DNA of 64,000 bases from Mayamaea pseudoterrestris (taxonomy: Eukaryota). Both the position numbers and the translations under genes were made by a program. The notes beneath the pieces are model-generated. The model was not told the DNA's origin and searched no databases. It saw only the letters and a program-made list of their open reading frames with translations. The DNA lies in NCBI GenBank assembly GCA_027923505.1, contig BROI01000026.1:124001-188000 (forward strand). Reading direction: 5' to 3'. Positions 32,125 to 43,027 of this stretch are shown one piece after another. Each line of letters begins with the position of its first letter. Position 1 is the first letter of the stretch.

Positions 32125-34820
32125 GGCCCTACAGCAAGCCCTGTAGGTGCCCAAAATACACCCAAATGGTGCCAACATCTATATTCAGGCGGCGCTACAA
32201 GATGGTAGGCTTGGCTGGTGTCTCAGGGGATGGCAATGTAAAATGTCACCAGTCTCAGCCCGCAGATGCCGTGACATTCAAATGCCCCTACAGCAAGCCC
32301 TGTAGGTTGCCAAATTACACCAGAATGGTGCCAACATCATTATTCAGGCTGCGCTACAAGATGGTAGGCTTGGCTGGTGTCTCAGGGGTGAATGGCTTGA
32401 GACAACTTGTCACAGCTTCAGCCCGCAGATGCTAGATTATTTAAACACCCTACAGCAAGCCTGTAGGTGCCCAAAATACACCAGGATGGTGCCAACATCA
32501 TTATTCAGGCGGCGCTACAAGATGAGGCTTACTGGTGTCTCAGGGGCGAGTAATGTATTTATGACAACTTGTCACTCAGTCTCAGCCCCGCAGATGTCGC
32601 GGATTCAAAACGCCCTACAGCAAGCCCTGTAGGTGCCCAAAATACACCAGAATGGTGCCAACATAATTATTCAGGCGGCACTACAAGATAATAGGCTTGG
32701 CTGGTGTCTCAGAGGATGGCAATGTATTTGGTGAAAACTTGTCACCAGTCTCAGCCTGCAGATGCTGGACATTCAAACACCCCTACAGCAGCCCTGTAGG
32801 TGCCCAAAATACACCAGAATGGTGCCAACATCATTATGCAAGCTGCGCTACAAGATGGTAGGCTTGGCTGGTGTCTCAGGGTTGGCAATGTATTTGGTGA
32901 CAACTTGTCACCAGTCTCAGCCCGCAGATGCTGTGACATTCAAACGCCCCTACAGCAAGCCCTGTAGGTGCCCAATATACACCAGGATGGTGCCAACATC
33001 ATTATTCAGGCGGCGCTACAAGATGGTAGGCTTGACTGTCTCAGGGGATGGCAATGTATTTGGTGACAACTGTCACTCTTGTCTCAGCCCGGATGCGTGT
33101 GAATTCAAACAAAGAAGTGAGGTGCCCAAAATACACCAAAATGTGCAACATCATTATTCAGGTGCGCTACAAGATGGTGGTTGGCTGGTGTCTCAGGGGT
33201 GGTGTTTTGGTGACAACTTGTCACCATTCTCAGCCTGCAGATGCCGTGACATTCAAACACCCCTACAGCAAGCCCTGTAGGTGCCCAAAACACACCAGAA
33301 TGGTGCCAACATCATTATTCAGGCGGCGCAACAAGATGGTAGGCTTGGCTGGTGTCTCAGGGGATGGCAATGTATTTGGTGACAACTTGTCACCAGTCTC
33401 AGCCCACAGATGCGGTACATTCAAACACCTCTACAGCAACCTGTAGGTGCCCAAAATACACCCAGAATGGTTCCAACATCCTTATTCAGGCTGCGCTACA
33501 AGATGGTAGGCTTGGCTGTGGTGTCCTCCGGGGATGCCAATGTATTTGGTGACATCTTGTCACCAGTCTCAGCCCGCCCAGATGCCGTGACATTCAAACG
33601 CCCCTACAGCAAGCCCTGTAGGTGCTCAAAATACACCAGAATGGTGCCAACATCATCATTCAGGCTGCGCGCACAAGATGGTAGGCTTGGCTGGTGTCTC
33701 AGGGGATGGCAATGTATTTGGTGACAATCTTGTCACCAGTCTCAGCCCGCAGATGCCGTGCGACATTCAAACGCCCCTCAGCAAGCCCTGTAAGTGCCCA
33801 AAATACACCAGAATGGTGCCAACATCATCTTCAGGCTGCGCTATAAGATGGTAGGCTTGGCTGGTGTCTCAGGGGATGGCAATGTATTTGGTGACAACTC
33901 GTCACCAGTCTCCGCCCGCAGATGCCGTGACATTCAAATGCCCCTACAGCAAGCCCTGTAAGTGCCCAAAATACACCAGAATGGTGCCAACATCACTATA
34001 TAAGCAGCGCTACAAAATGGTAGGCTTAGCTGGTGTCTCAGGGGATGGCAATGTATTTGGTGACATCTTGTCACCAGTCTCAGCCCGCAGATGCCGTGAC
34101 ATTCAAACGCCCCTACAGCAAGCCCTGTAGGTGCCCAAAACTACGCAGAATGTGCCAACATCACTAGAAAGCAGCTGCAAATGGCTGAGCAGCAGATTGT
34201 CTCAGTTGATGGTAATGTATTTGGTGACAACTCGTCCCAGTCTCCGCCCACCAGATGCCGTGACATTCAAATGCCCACAGCAAGCCCTGTAAGTGCCCAA
34301 AATACACCAGAATGGTGCCAACATCACTATATAAACGCACCGCAACAAATGGTAGGCTTAGCTGGTGTCTCAGGGATAACAATGTATTTGGCGACACTCT
34401 TGTCACCAGTCTCAGCCCTTGAATGCAGTGTGAGACATTCAAACGCCCCTACAGCAAGCCCTGTAGGTGCCCAAAATACACCAGAATGGTGCCAACATCA
34501 TCATTCAGGCTGCGCTACAAGATGGTAGGCTTGGCTGGTGTCTCAGTTGATGGCAATGTATTTGGTGACAACTCGTCACCAGTCTCCGCCCGCAGATGCC
34601 GTGACATTCAAATGCCCCTACAGCAAGCCCTGTAAGTGCCCAAAATACACCAGAATGGTGCCAACATCACTATATAAGCAGCGCTACAAAATGGTAGGCT
34701 TGGCTGGTGTCTCAGTTGATGGCAATGTATTTGGTGACAACTCGTCACCAGTCTCCGCCCGCAGATGCCGTGACATTCAAATGCCCCTACAGCAAGCCCT
34801 GTAAGTGCCCAAAATACACC
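32125..34820. repeat. 169-bp tandem satellite, block 2 (~16 copies, more indels)
   Basis: Same unit and orientation as block 1; several copies carry small indels. Confidence 0.95.
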
Positions 34821-35235
34821 TCAGTCGTTCTTGTTGTCGACGCGCAGAGCTTGCTGCGACAACATGTCGAAAAAGATAGTCATAATCTTCCGCAAGACTG
34901 TTAATCTGACACGATAATATCAGACGAACCTTTATTCCAGCGACTACAATGGACTAGGAGCGATCAACCTCTTCGTCCAGCGTAAAGCAAACAAACAAAC
35001 TCAATTGCTAGAATAGTGCATGTTACTCGCTACTCTACTCGTGCGCTTCTTTCTCGTTCTCACTGGGTTCACGGTCGAGGTTCACGCCTCGATCGTCAGC
35101 GATTTCACTCATGTATGTGAGGATTCGGTCACAAGTGTGACTCAACCCTGCACAGGATTAAATGCATACAAAACACAGGTAGCTAACCGTCTTGTCATAA
35201 GACGCAGGTCAACTCAACTCAATAATATTGTGTCA
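34821..35235 (-). mobile_element. 5' LTR (34907-35235), PBS and ~86-bp leader of copia element 1
   Basis: 329-bp LTR with two substitutions seen versus 31235-31563; adjacent non-satellite leader. Confidence 0.88.
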
Positions 35236-36565
35236 AGTAGGTTGCTCCAAGTGGTTCCACCACATCAAAGTTTCAGATGGGATTTGTATAGTGATGCAAC
35301 CTGGCCACCAAGAATCTGAACCTGCTACTGCAATCCGCAGAAGGCGCTTGACAAGGTCCAAGGCATGGAAATTTGAAAACAGCAGCTATTCCGGCAGTGG
35401 CTGTGATGTGACTGAGACTGAAACAAGTAGGGTGTTCCATGTGCCAAACACAGCAAAGTTTCAGTTGGGATTTATGAGATGATCCAACTTTGCTAGCATG
35501 ATTCTGAGCATGCCATGGCAATCAGGATAAGATGTTTGACAAAGTCAAAGGTTGAGATTTTCCAATTTGGAAGCCAGTCAGCCAGTGTTCATGCGTGAAT
35601 ACAGCAAGTAGGTTCCTCCAAGTGGTTCCACCACATAAAAGTTTCAGATGGGATTTGTATAGTGATGCAACCTGGCCACCAAGAATCCGAACCTGCTACT
35701 GCAATCCGCAGAGGGTGCTTGACATGGTCCAAGGCTTGGAACTTTGAAAACAGCAGCAATTCTGGCAGTGGCTGTGGTGTGACTGAGACTGAAACAAGTA
35801 GGGTGTTCCATTTGCCAAACACAGCAAAGTTTCAGTTGGGTTTTTTGTGATGATCCAAATAGGATGTAGAACAGACATAACATGATTTATTTGGTTTGTG
35901 CGCAAGAATAGATTATTCAATGTGCTTGTGGGTGCCAGAGCAAGTGGCATATAGCAGGAACAATGGCTTGGCCCATCATTTATGTTTCATAATACAATGG
36001 AAATGGAAACTATAATGAGTCATGGCGCCCTTCCACTACCATGACAGGACAGCAATGGCCTGTTTGACTGATCATTAATGCACTGAGCCTCCTTCAGCAA
36101 AAGGTTGGAGCCTGGTTGGTTTTTGGTGGTCAGTTGGTGTGTCATTTCCACACAGTCTCTGGAGCATTGGCCAGAGCTTGGAGAGACCCTGGTGCATGAT
36201 ATCCATTCCATGGGATGTAGAACAGTCACTAACATACATGTTTTGGGTTTGTGCGCAAAAATGGATCATTCCATGTGCTTGTGGGTGCCAGAGCAAGTGG
36301 CATATAGCAGGAACAATGGCTAGGCCCATCATTTTATGGTTCATAAAACAATGAAGTATAGACTATATCGTGCCATGGCGCCCTTCCACTACCATGGCTG
36401 GACAGCATTGGCCTGTTTGATGGATCATTGATGCACAGAGCCTCCTTCAGCAAGTGGTTGGTGCCTGGTTGGTGTTTGGCAGTCAGCTGGTGCAGTTTCT
36501 TCAACACATTCCCTGGAGCATTGGCCAGAGCATGGCCAGAGCGTGGTGCATGAAGTCCATTCCAT
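35236..36565. repeat. Two diverged tandem duplications (~371-bp and ~353-bp offsets)
   Basis: AGTAGGTT(G/C)CTCCAAGTGGTTCCACCAC at 35236 and 35607; GTGCCAGAGCAAGTGGCATATAGCAGG at 35932 and 36285. Confidence 0.85.
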
Positions 36566-37188
36566 ACACCCAAAGTCACACCAGAATAGTGCCACATCAT
36601 TATTCCATCTGGGACAGATGGAGTTTCAGGTGGGTGCCTTAGTAGACTGCAATGTGACTGGTGAGAAGTTCTCACCAGTCTCAGCCCACAGATGCCTGAA
36701 CATTCAATTTCCCATAAAACATGCCAGGTATACACCCAAATCAGACCAGAATGGTGCCAACATCATTATAAGTCTGCGCTACAAGATGGTATGCCTAGCT
36801 GATGTCTCAGTATACTGCAATGTGACTGGTGAGAACTTCTCACCAGTCTGAGCCCTCAGATGCCGTGACATTCAATTCCCCATATAACATGCCATGTATA
36901 CACCCAAATCACACCTGAATAGTGACAACATCATTATTCAGTCTGCGCTACAAGATGGTATGCCTAGATGGTGTCTCCATGGACTGCAATGTGACTGGTG
37001 ACAAGTTGTCACCAGTCTCAGCCAGCAGCTGCCATGCCTTTCAAATGCCCATACCGTGAGCCATGTGTACACCCAAATCGCACCAGAATGGGGCCAACAT
37101 CATTATAAGTCTGCGCTACAAGATGGTATGCCTAGCTTGTGTCTCAGTGGACTGCAATGTGACTGGTGAGAACTTCTCACCAGTCTCA
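36566..37188. repeat. Diverged subfamily of the 169-bp satellite (~4 copies, 168-169 bp)
   Basis: Shares CCAGAATGGTGCCAACATCATT, CTGCGCTACAAGATGGTA and CACCAGTCTCAG with the main satellite; dyads at 36656, 36824, 36993, 37161. Confidence 0.9.
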
Positions 37189-37663
37189 CGGAATTACATG
37201 ATGGGAACGAAAGGGTTGGGAATAACATTAAATTGGTTGACAGTGTCCATGAGCTGGGCATAGTGGTGCATGGTTGATAGGGCCTGAATGTGGAGGTAGC
37301 GGAGCATGGCGTCAGAGTGCTAGCAACCAATTAGGCGAATGTGGTCGGAGTCCAGGTTGGAAATAAGTGAGCTTGGGCGCCACCCGCGCGAAGCGAGCGG
37401 GCGTGAGCAGTGCAAGCCCGTCGCGTGCTCACATGACTTTACTGGGCCCCGCCCTGAGCATTCTGTCATCAGATAAGTGCCGTTGATATGTACCGGTACA
37501 TCCGACTGCCAGGATTTCGGTTTGGCTTGTTGAACCGGTATGTCGCAGCGGCTAAATGAATGTCGCTCAGGTTCTCACCACCATTCTTTATTATTATTTC
37601 GTCGCCTCCACAAAATTCGAGAGACATGCCTCGCAACATAACTCTGGATGCCGATCAATTGAC

Positions 37664-37796
37664 ATGTCATTCAACCGGAGGGAGCTTCTTTGCTTCGCAG
37701 GAGGAATTATATTGTATGGAACCGTTTCGCAGCTTTATGGAGCGCAATCAATGACGTCGTCAGTGGCTGAACAACCGGTCTCGATCGAGGACTTTA
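37664..37796 (+). pseudogene. 5' part (signal anchor) of a sulfotransferase-like gene interrupted by copia element 2
   Basis: MSFNRRELLCFAGGIILYGTVSQL...SIEDF; joins in frame to 43028 onward once the element and one TSD copy are removed. Confidence 0.8.
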
Positions 37797-40700
37797 TGTT
37801 GGATCTAGAATATATCTTGCGCGCCCTTGAAGCGACACTAATGATTAAGCAGAACAGAGTCAATAAAACCACTTTACTTATTTTCTCCAAGAAGTGATCG
37901 TCCTCGATCCACTCCTTCGGTTGCCGCTTACCGCGCTTACTTAAATGTGACCGTCTTCGTGACGTCACCGCTGCCGCTTCGGTTTGGGTTCTCATCCATG
38001 CTCAACACACTCCTTTGGGCCGAGTAGTACTTACTGCTCGAGGCCAGATTCATAACCAGGTTGCGGAGCTTGCCAAACTGGGCTCCCTGCAATGGTTTCG
38101 TGAAGAAATCCGCGACCATGTCTCCGGTCGGACAATGCTCAATGTTGACTTCACCAGCTGCCACGCGATCTTTCACAAAGAAGTACCGAACATTCATGTG
38201 TCGCGTGCGCTTTGTACTTGAGCTTCTGCCATTCTTTTCCAACAGCATTGAACTCATATTGTCTTGATACAATTTCGTGTCTTTGACCCCGAAACCTTGC
38301 GCCTTCAGAAAATATCCTGTCCACAGCAACTGCGGTAGCACATCATGAACTCCCACAACTTCGCTCTCCGTCGAGCTTCTTGTTACCAACTTCTGTTTAG
38401 CCGACGTACTGTACACTGATCCTTGGCCAAGTGTCATTGTTCCACCAGTGTGACCCTTCATGTCTGGGTGCACCGCGTACGACGCATCCACCCACCACTG
38501 GACTATCCCGGACTGGTCCGCCTTCAGCGTCAACACCATGTCCACGCTTCCGCGTAAATATTTAATCACTCTTGCAGCCTTCTTATAGTCGTCTTCGTCA
38601 GGCTGCTGCAGCCTCGTGCTCAAGAAAGAAATCGCTGTGCGAATATCCGGTCGCGCTCGCTGACTCAGATACAGACACTGCATCACAATCGTCACAAAAA
38701 TCTGCTTCTTCGCTTCGCTCAACATGACAGGATTTTCCGATATCTGAAACAAGTGACTGGCTGCCGGAGTAGCTGCCGTTCCATCCATGTCGTCTGGCGC
38801 ATGATGCAGGATGTTCTTCACATAGTCAACCATGTTGATTGCTACTTCTCCAGGCTTAGTATAGTCCAATACCATGCCGAGGTAGTCGTGCACTTTTCCG
38901 CGTGACTTATTCATTGGAGTCTCCTTGCCAAACTCCTCATCCATCTGCGCGATGAACTCATCCACTACGCTCACGTCGACGTCAGAAATCTTCAAATCGT
39001 CCACGTGCCATCCCACGGTGATTTGCTTCCCATTGACAATCTTGTTGCACACACACGGATCGTACGGGTTCTTCTCGAAGCCCCACTCAAGCAATTTTGC
39101 GGACAACTTCTCCCAGAATAGTCGCGCTGCTCGAAGCGTACCATAAAGCGCCATGAGTAATTCAACATACATGACTTTCTCGCCATTCTCCATTGTGACG
39201 CAAGGCTCGTACATCTCGCGATCAATTTCCAACAGTAGCTCCACCATCTTCCCAGTGAAACGAACGTGCACCAACTCATCCATTTCCGCTTGCATGAAAG
39301 CACCGGTACATCAACCACAGCAACCTCGCGCCCTTCCATAGCGTCAATGATAGCTGTCAGAAAGATGGCCTCTGTCGCTATCGTTGGAGATGCTGCGTCT
39401 TCCTTTGCAGTGTATGCTCGTTGCTTGCGTCCATCCGCGCATCCGCGTCCCTTCACAGTCCCGCATCTCTTGCGCTTGAGAAACATCAAATACGCCAGAG
39501 CGTCCTTGCGCTGCTGCGGAGTCAGAGTGCATTGGGGGACTGCCTTCATGACGTGCCTGTCGTGTAGCTGCTGCATTTCCTTGCGCACTGCCTCCACTCC
39601 AGCATCGCCAAAAGCCTTTAAACCTTGTCGCATATTCATCTGTGCCGTGACGAGTGGCTCCGACACTTCCTCTGCAGCGTCGAGCGTGAACAAATGAGCG
39701 AACGAGCGAGGTTTGCGCGCACGCAGGCCATACCGACCAGTGCGTGGGCCATAGCGCGCATCGAAATCCTCTTCGTCTGCAGCAGCTGGCACTCCTTCAA
39801 TTTCGCCTTCACCGGGCACTCCTTCAATTTCGCCATCATCCACGGCTGGCGCGTCGTCAAGTTCGCCGTCAATGGCCTCACCATCCTCGTCGTTCGGCAC
39901 TCCTTCGATTGCGCCGTCAGCACCATCGTCGTCGTCGTCGTCGTCATCGGTCGCATTCACTCCTTCGCTTCCGCCGGCAGAGTCGTCGTCACCGCGAGAA
40001 GCGTCGTCATCATAATCAGAGTCATCATCATCCTCGGCGTCATCTTCGTGCCCACATGACTGGCTCAGCAGCCTCCGCAACACGGTGGCGGTCCATGAAC
40101 ACGATGCCCGGATTGGCCTTCTGTTGACGAAGCGAGACGATGCACGCGCTCAATGACATCATCAGGCATGGGCAAAGGCGTAGCGTGCCCACGATTCAGA
40201 ACTTTGCCCGAAGACAAACTGAGGAAATAAAACCCACCCTGCACATTACCAGTCGGGCGCAGAGCCAGCGCACCGATCGTGCGCGCCTGCATGTCATTGC
40301 TGTGCGACTCATGCGTTTGCACATACTGACCAAATTCATACTTGCAATGCCGATTAAAGTCAACTGTCTGACCAGTCACAATAGTGCGTGGACTGAGATC
40401 CTTCGAAATGCCACGCTCGTTCGGAAACGCATTCACACAAAACACGGCAGACTTCGTCATTTCGATAACCAAGCGTGCCGGCACGTGCTTAAATGGCAAC
40501 GTGTTGTATGTCGCGCGCACCCGTTCTTTCACGACACGGATAAAACGTTCAATTTCGCCAACGTGTTCATCCTCAGATGTCGCATTGAGCGCCACTCCGA
40601 GATCAGCCAACGCGCCAAGCATTGGAGCGAACTCCCCATCCATCAGAGCCGCGACGACACGGAACCCACCGCGTGCGTAAATCTTCAACACAGACTCGAT

Positions 40701-43022
40701 TGCCTTCAACATAACCGGAAGCGTACGGTTTTGAATCACCTCAACCGTAGCAAAACGAATGCTGCGGGAGAACGTCACCAACATAGGGACTTTGTTGATA
40801 TACATGATGTCAGCACAAAGAGTAACGTCTCGATAGCGACTCATGATAGCCGGTGGAAGCTGCTCAACAATCGCAGGCTTCACCAGATGCGACGCGCGAC
40901 GCGTCGTCTTTCCTTTAACGAGCCAACATCTGGTCCAAAGATGTGCTCAGCAGCCAGGATGTCGGCCTTCGTCACAGGACAGTTCGGCAACTGATTGCTA
41001 GTAACGATGCGCAGGTAATCCTTGAGGCTTGGCCGTCCAATTTTGATTTGCAGTTCCCTAGCTCTAACAGCGCGTAAATAGTCATCATTGGTGTAGTTAG
41101 TACGGTTATCGTCTACCGTAGTCAACATCGCCACTCCATCCTTGACATCGCTGCGCTTGCCCTTCGAAAAGCTCTCGCAAACATACAGCCCAGAGTCAGT
41201 CTCGACAAACTCTCGCTGCTTACCATCCGGCTTCTCCACAACGAACATTGGACGATCCACGCCGTGCATGAGATACTCCACGGTAAACTTCTTGCGGACT
41301 TGCGCCAAACTCAAAATGTTCGCCAGTCCCTGCGGATACCACCACACCGGACCATAGCCCTCCAGGTCGCCCATCATGTTCGTCCTTACTGTACCAGCGT
41401 TGCACTTGATCACCATCCACGTTGGCACCGGGCGAATGTTCGTCAGCATCTTGGCGTTGCAGAACAGATCCACTGTCGACTGATTGTCCAAGAGCACAGC
41501 CTTCTTCGAGATGTTCACCTTCGGCGGCTGCGCGAACATGTATCCGACCTCATCGTCGTCATCGCTTTCTTCCTCGCTACCCAGCGTGAAGTGCTGCGCC
41601 CCACTAGCCTCTGCAGCCGGCGCACTCTCCGTAGACTCCGTTCTCGTAGGACAGTCTCGCTGCACATGACCAACCTGTTGACAGGTCCAGCATCTGGGAG
41701 GGTCACGCGCTGTACCAGTCGTGTGAAACGCCACGCCCTCGTTCGTTGGCAACGTGGCTTCTCCATCCGCATGCTCACGACGCTGCATGATGTTGTATGC
41801 ATCGTGGATCGTCAACGGGAAGTTGTCGTGCCCGTCGAGGTAGCAGTTGCGCAAGTGCTTGCAATACCCAGCGTATTCGCCCGTTGCGCCACGCACGAAA
41901 AGCATCGCAAGCTCGAGCTCTTCGGCGGCCTTGATATCCTCCTTGTTCGCCTTGTTACGATTGTCATCCTTGGCAATGTTCAACGCCACAATCTCGTTGT
42001 GCATCGTGACGCCAACCGCCTTCGCCACGTCTGCCAGCGTGACCATGCTTTCGTAATATTTCTGCAGGCTTTCGCGCGCTCCTTGAGTACGTCCGAACAA
42101 CTCAGCTTGAATGTCCACGACTTGATCCACAAGTTTGCAGCGCCCTTCGTACGTATGCGAGATCTCCTTGATAATCGCCAGCAACTTAATTCCGTCCGTG
42201 TCCTCCTCGGCGTCTCGGAACTTGGCGTGCGACTTGACACGATCCTTCATACGCTCCGTGCATTGTCCATGCAACACGGCGTAGAGACCAGCGAGGAAGT
42301 CGGAGTATACACGCACGCGCTCGACATGCTCTTTCTTGTCGGCCTTGTATTCCTCGAGCATTATGGACCAGTCCGAGTCCGTCGTGTCGGCATCCTTCGT
42401 TGGACGTGCAGGCTCGTCAGGAATCTCCAGTTCCACGTTGCGCATGCCCTTGAGCAGCTCCTTGGTATATTTCTTGTAGGAGCGCCCGACGAAAGTGATG
42501 ATCTCGTTCGTCGTACGGATGAATCCATCGGGATCGCGCGAACCGTTATAGTCGTAGATGAATCCAGCGAGCGTCGGCTCGCTTCCTTGGAAATTTCCAC
42601 TCGGCGCACGACTCGGTCCGTTGAGTCTGTTACCATTGCCTTGATTCCCGGAACGATTCCCAGCACGATTCCCACGACGATAATGACGGTTGCGTCGGTT
42701 TCCTTCGCTTGCTGGCGGAGCGGGAGGTGCACCTCCACCGCTCGACGCCGCTCCTGTCGTCGGAGTATTGCTCGTCGAAGACATGTCTTTTCACTCGCTT
42801 CTTGGAGAAAATGTTGGATCTAGAATATATCTTGCGCGCCCTTGAAGCGACACTAATGATTAAGCAGAACAGAGTCAATAAAACCACTTTACTTATTTTC
42901 TCCAAGAAGTGATCGTCCTCGATCCACTCCTTCGGTTGCCGCTTACCGCGCTTACTTAAATGTGACCGTCTTCGTGACGTCACCGCTGCCGCTTCGGTTT
43001 GGGTTCTCATCCATGCTCAACA
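37797..43022 (-). mobile_element. Full-length Ty1/copia LTR retrotransposon (element 2, CoDi-type)
   Basis: Identical 211-bp LTRs (37797-38007, 42812-43022; TGTTG...CAACA), 5-bp TSD CTTTA (37792-37796, 43023-43027), domain order gag-PR-IN-RT-RH. Confidence 0.97.
37937..42784 (-). CDS. Gag-Pol polyprotein of element 2, broken into four ORFs by frameshifts
   Basis: Zinc knuckle CWTCQQVGHVQRDC, protease LLDNQST, integrase ADIMYIN...MDGEF...HVGEIER, RT KGRGCADG...ALYGTL...WHVDDL, RNase H DASYA...ADFFTKPL. Confidence 0.92.
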
Positions 43023-43027
43023 CTTTA

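Noticed and set aside
28484..34904. Many near-identical 65-170 aa ORFs (MSQGMAMYLVTT...)
   Set aside because: Translation shadows of the 169-bp satellite; the period is not a multiple of 3 and starts are mostly GTG
28435..37188. TGAGACT...AGTCTCA as terminal inverted repeats of one large element enclosing the satellite island
   Set aside because: Only 7 bp match and the flanks show no target-site duplication
37381..37405. GC-rich hairpin CCCGCGCGAAGCGAGCGGG as a Helitron 3' end or RNA gene
   Set aside because: No CTRR terminus, no second copy in the window and no tRNA-like fold
41264..42823. 519-aa plus-strand ORF (also 40140-40994) antisense to gag-pol
   Set aside because: Antisense shadow of a codon-biased GC-rich ORF; no recognisable domain
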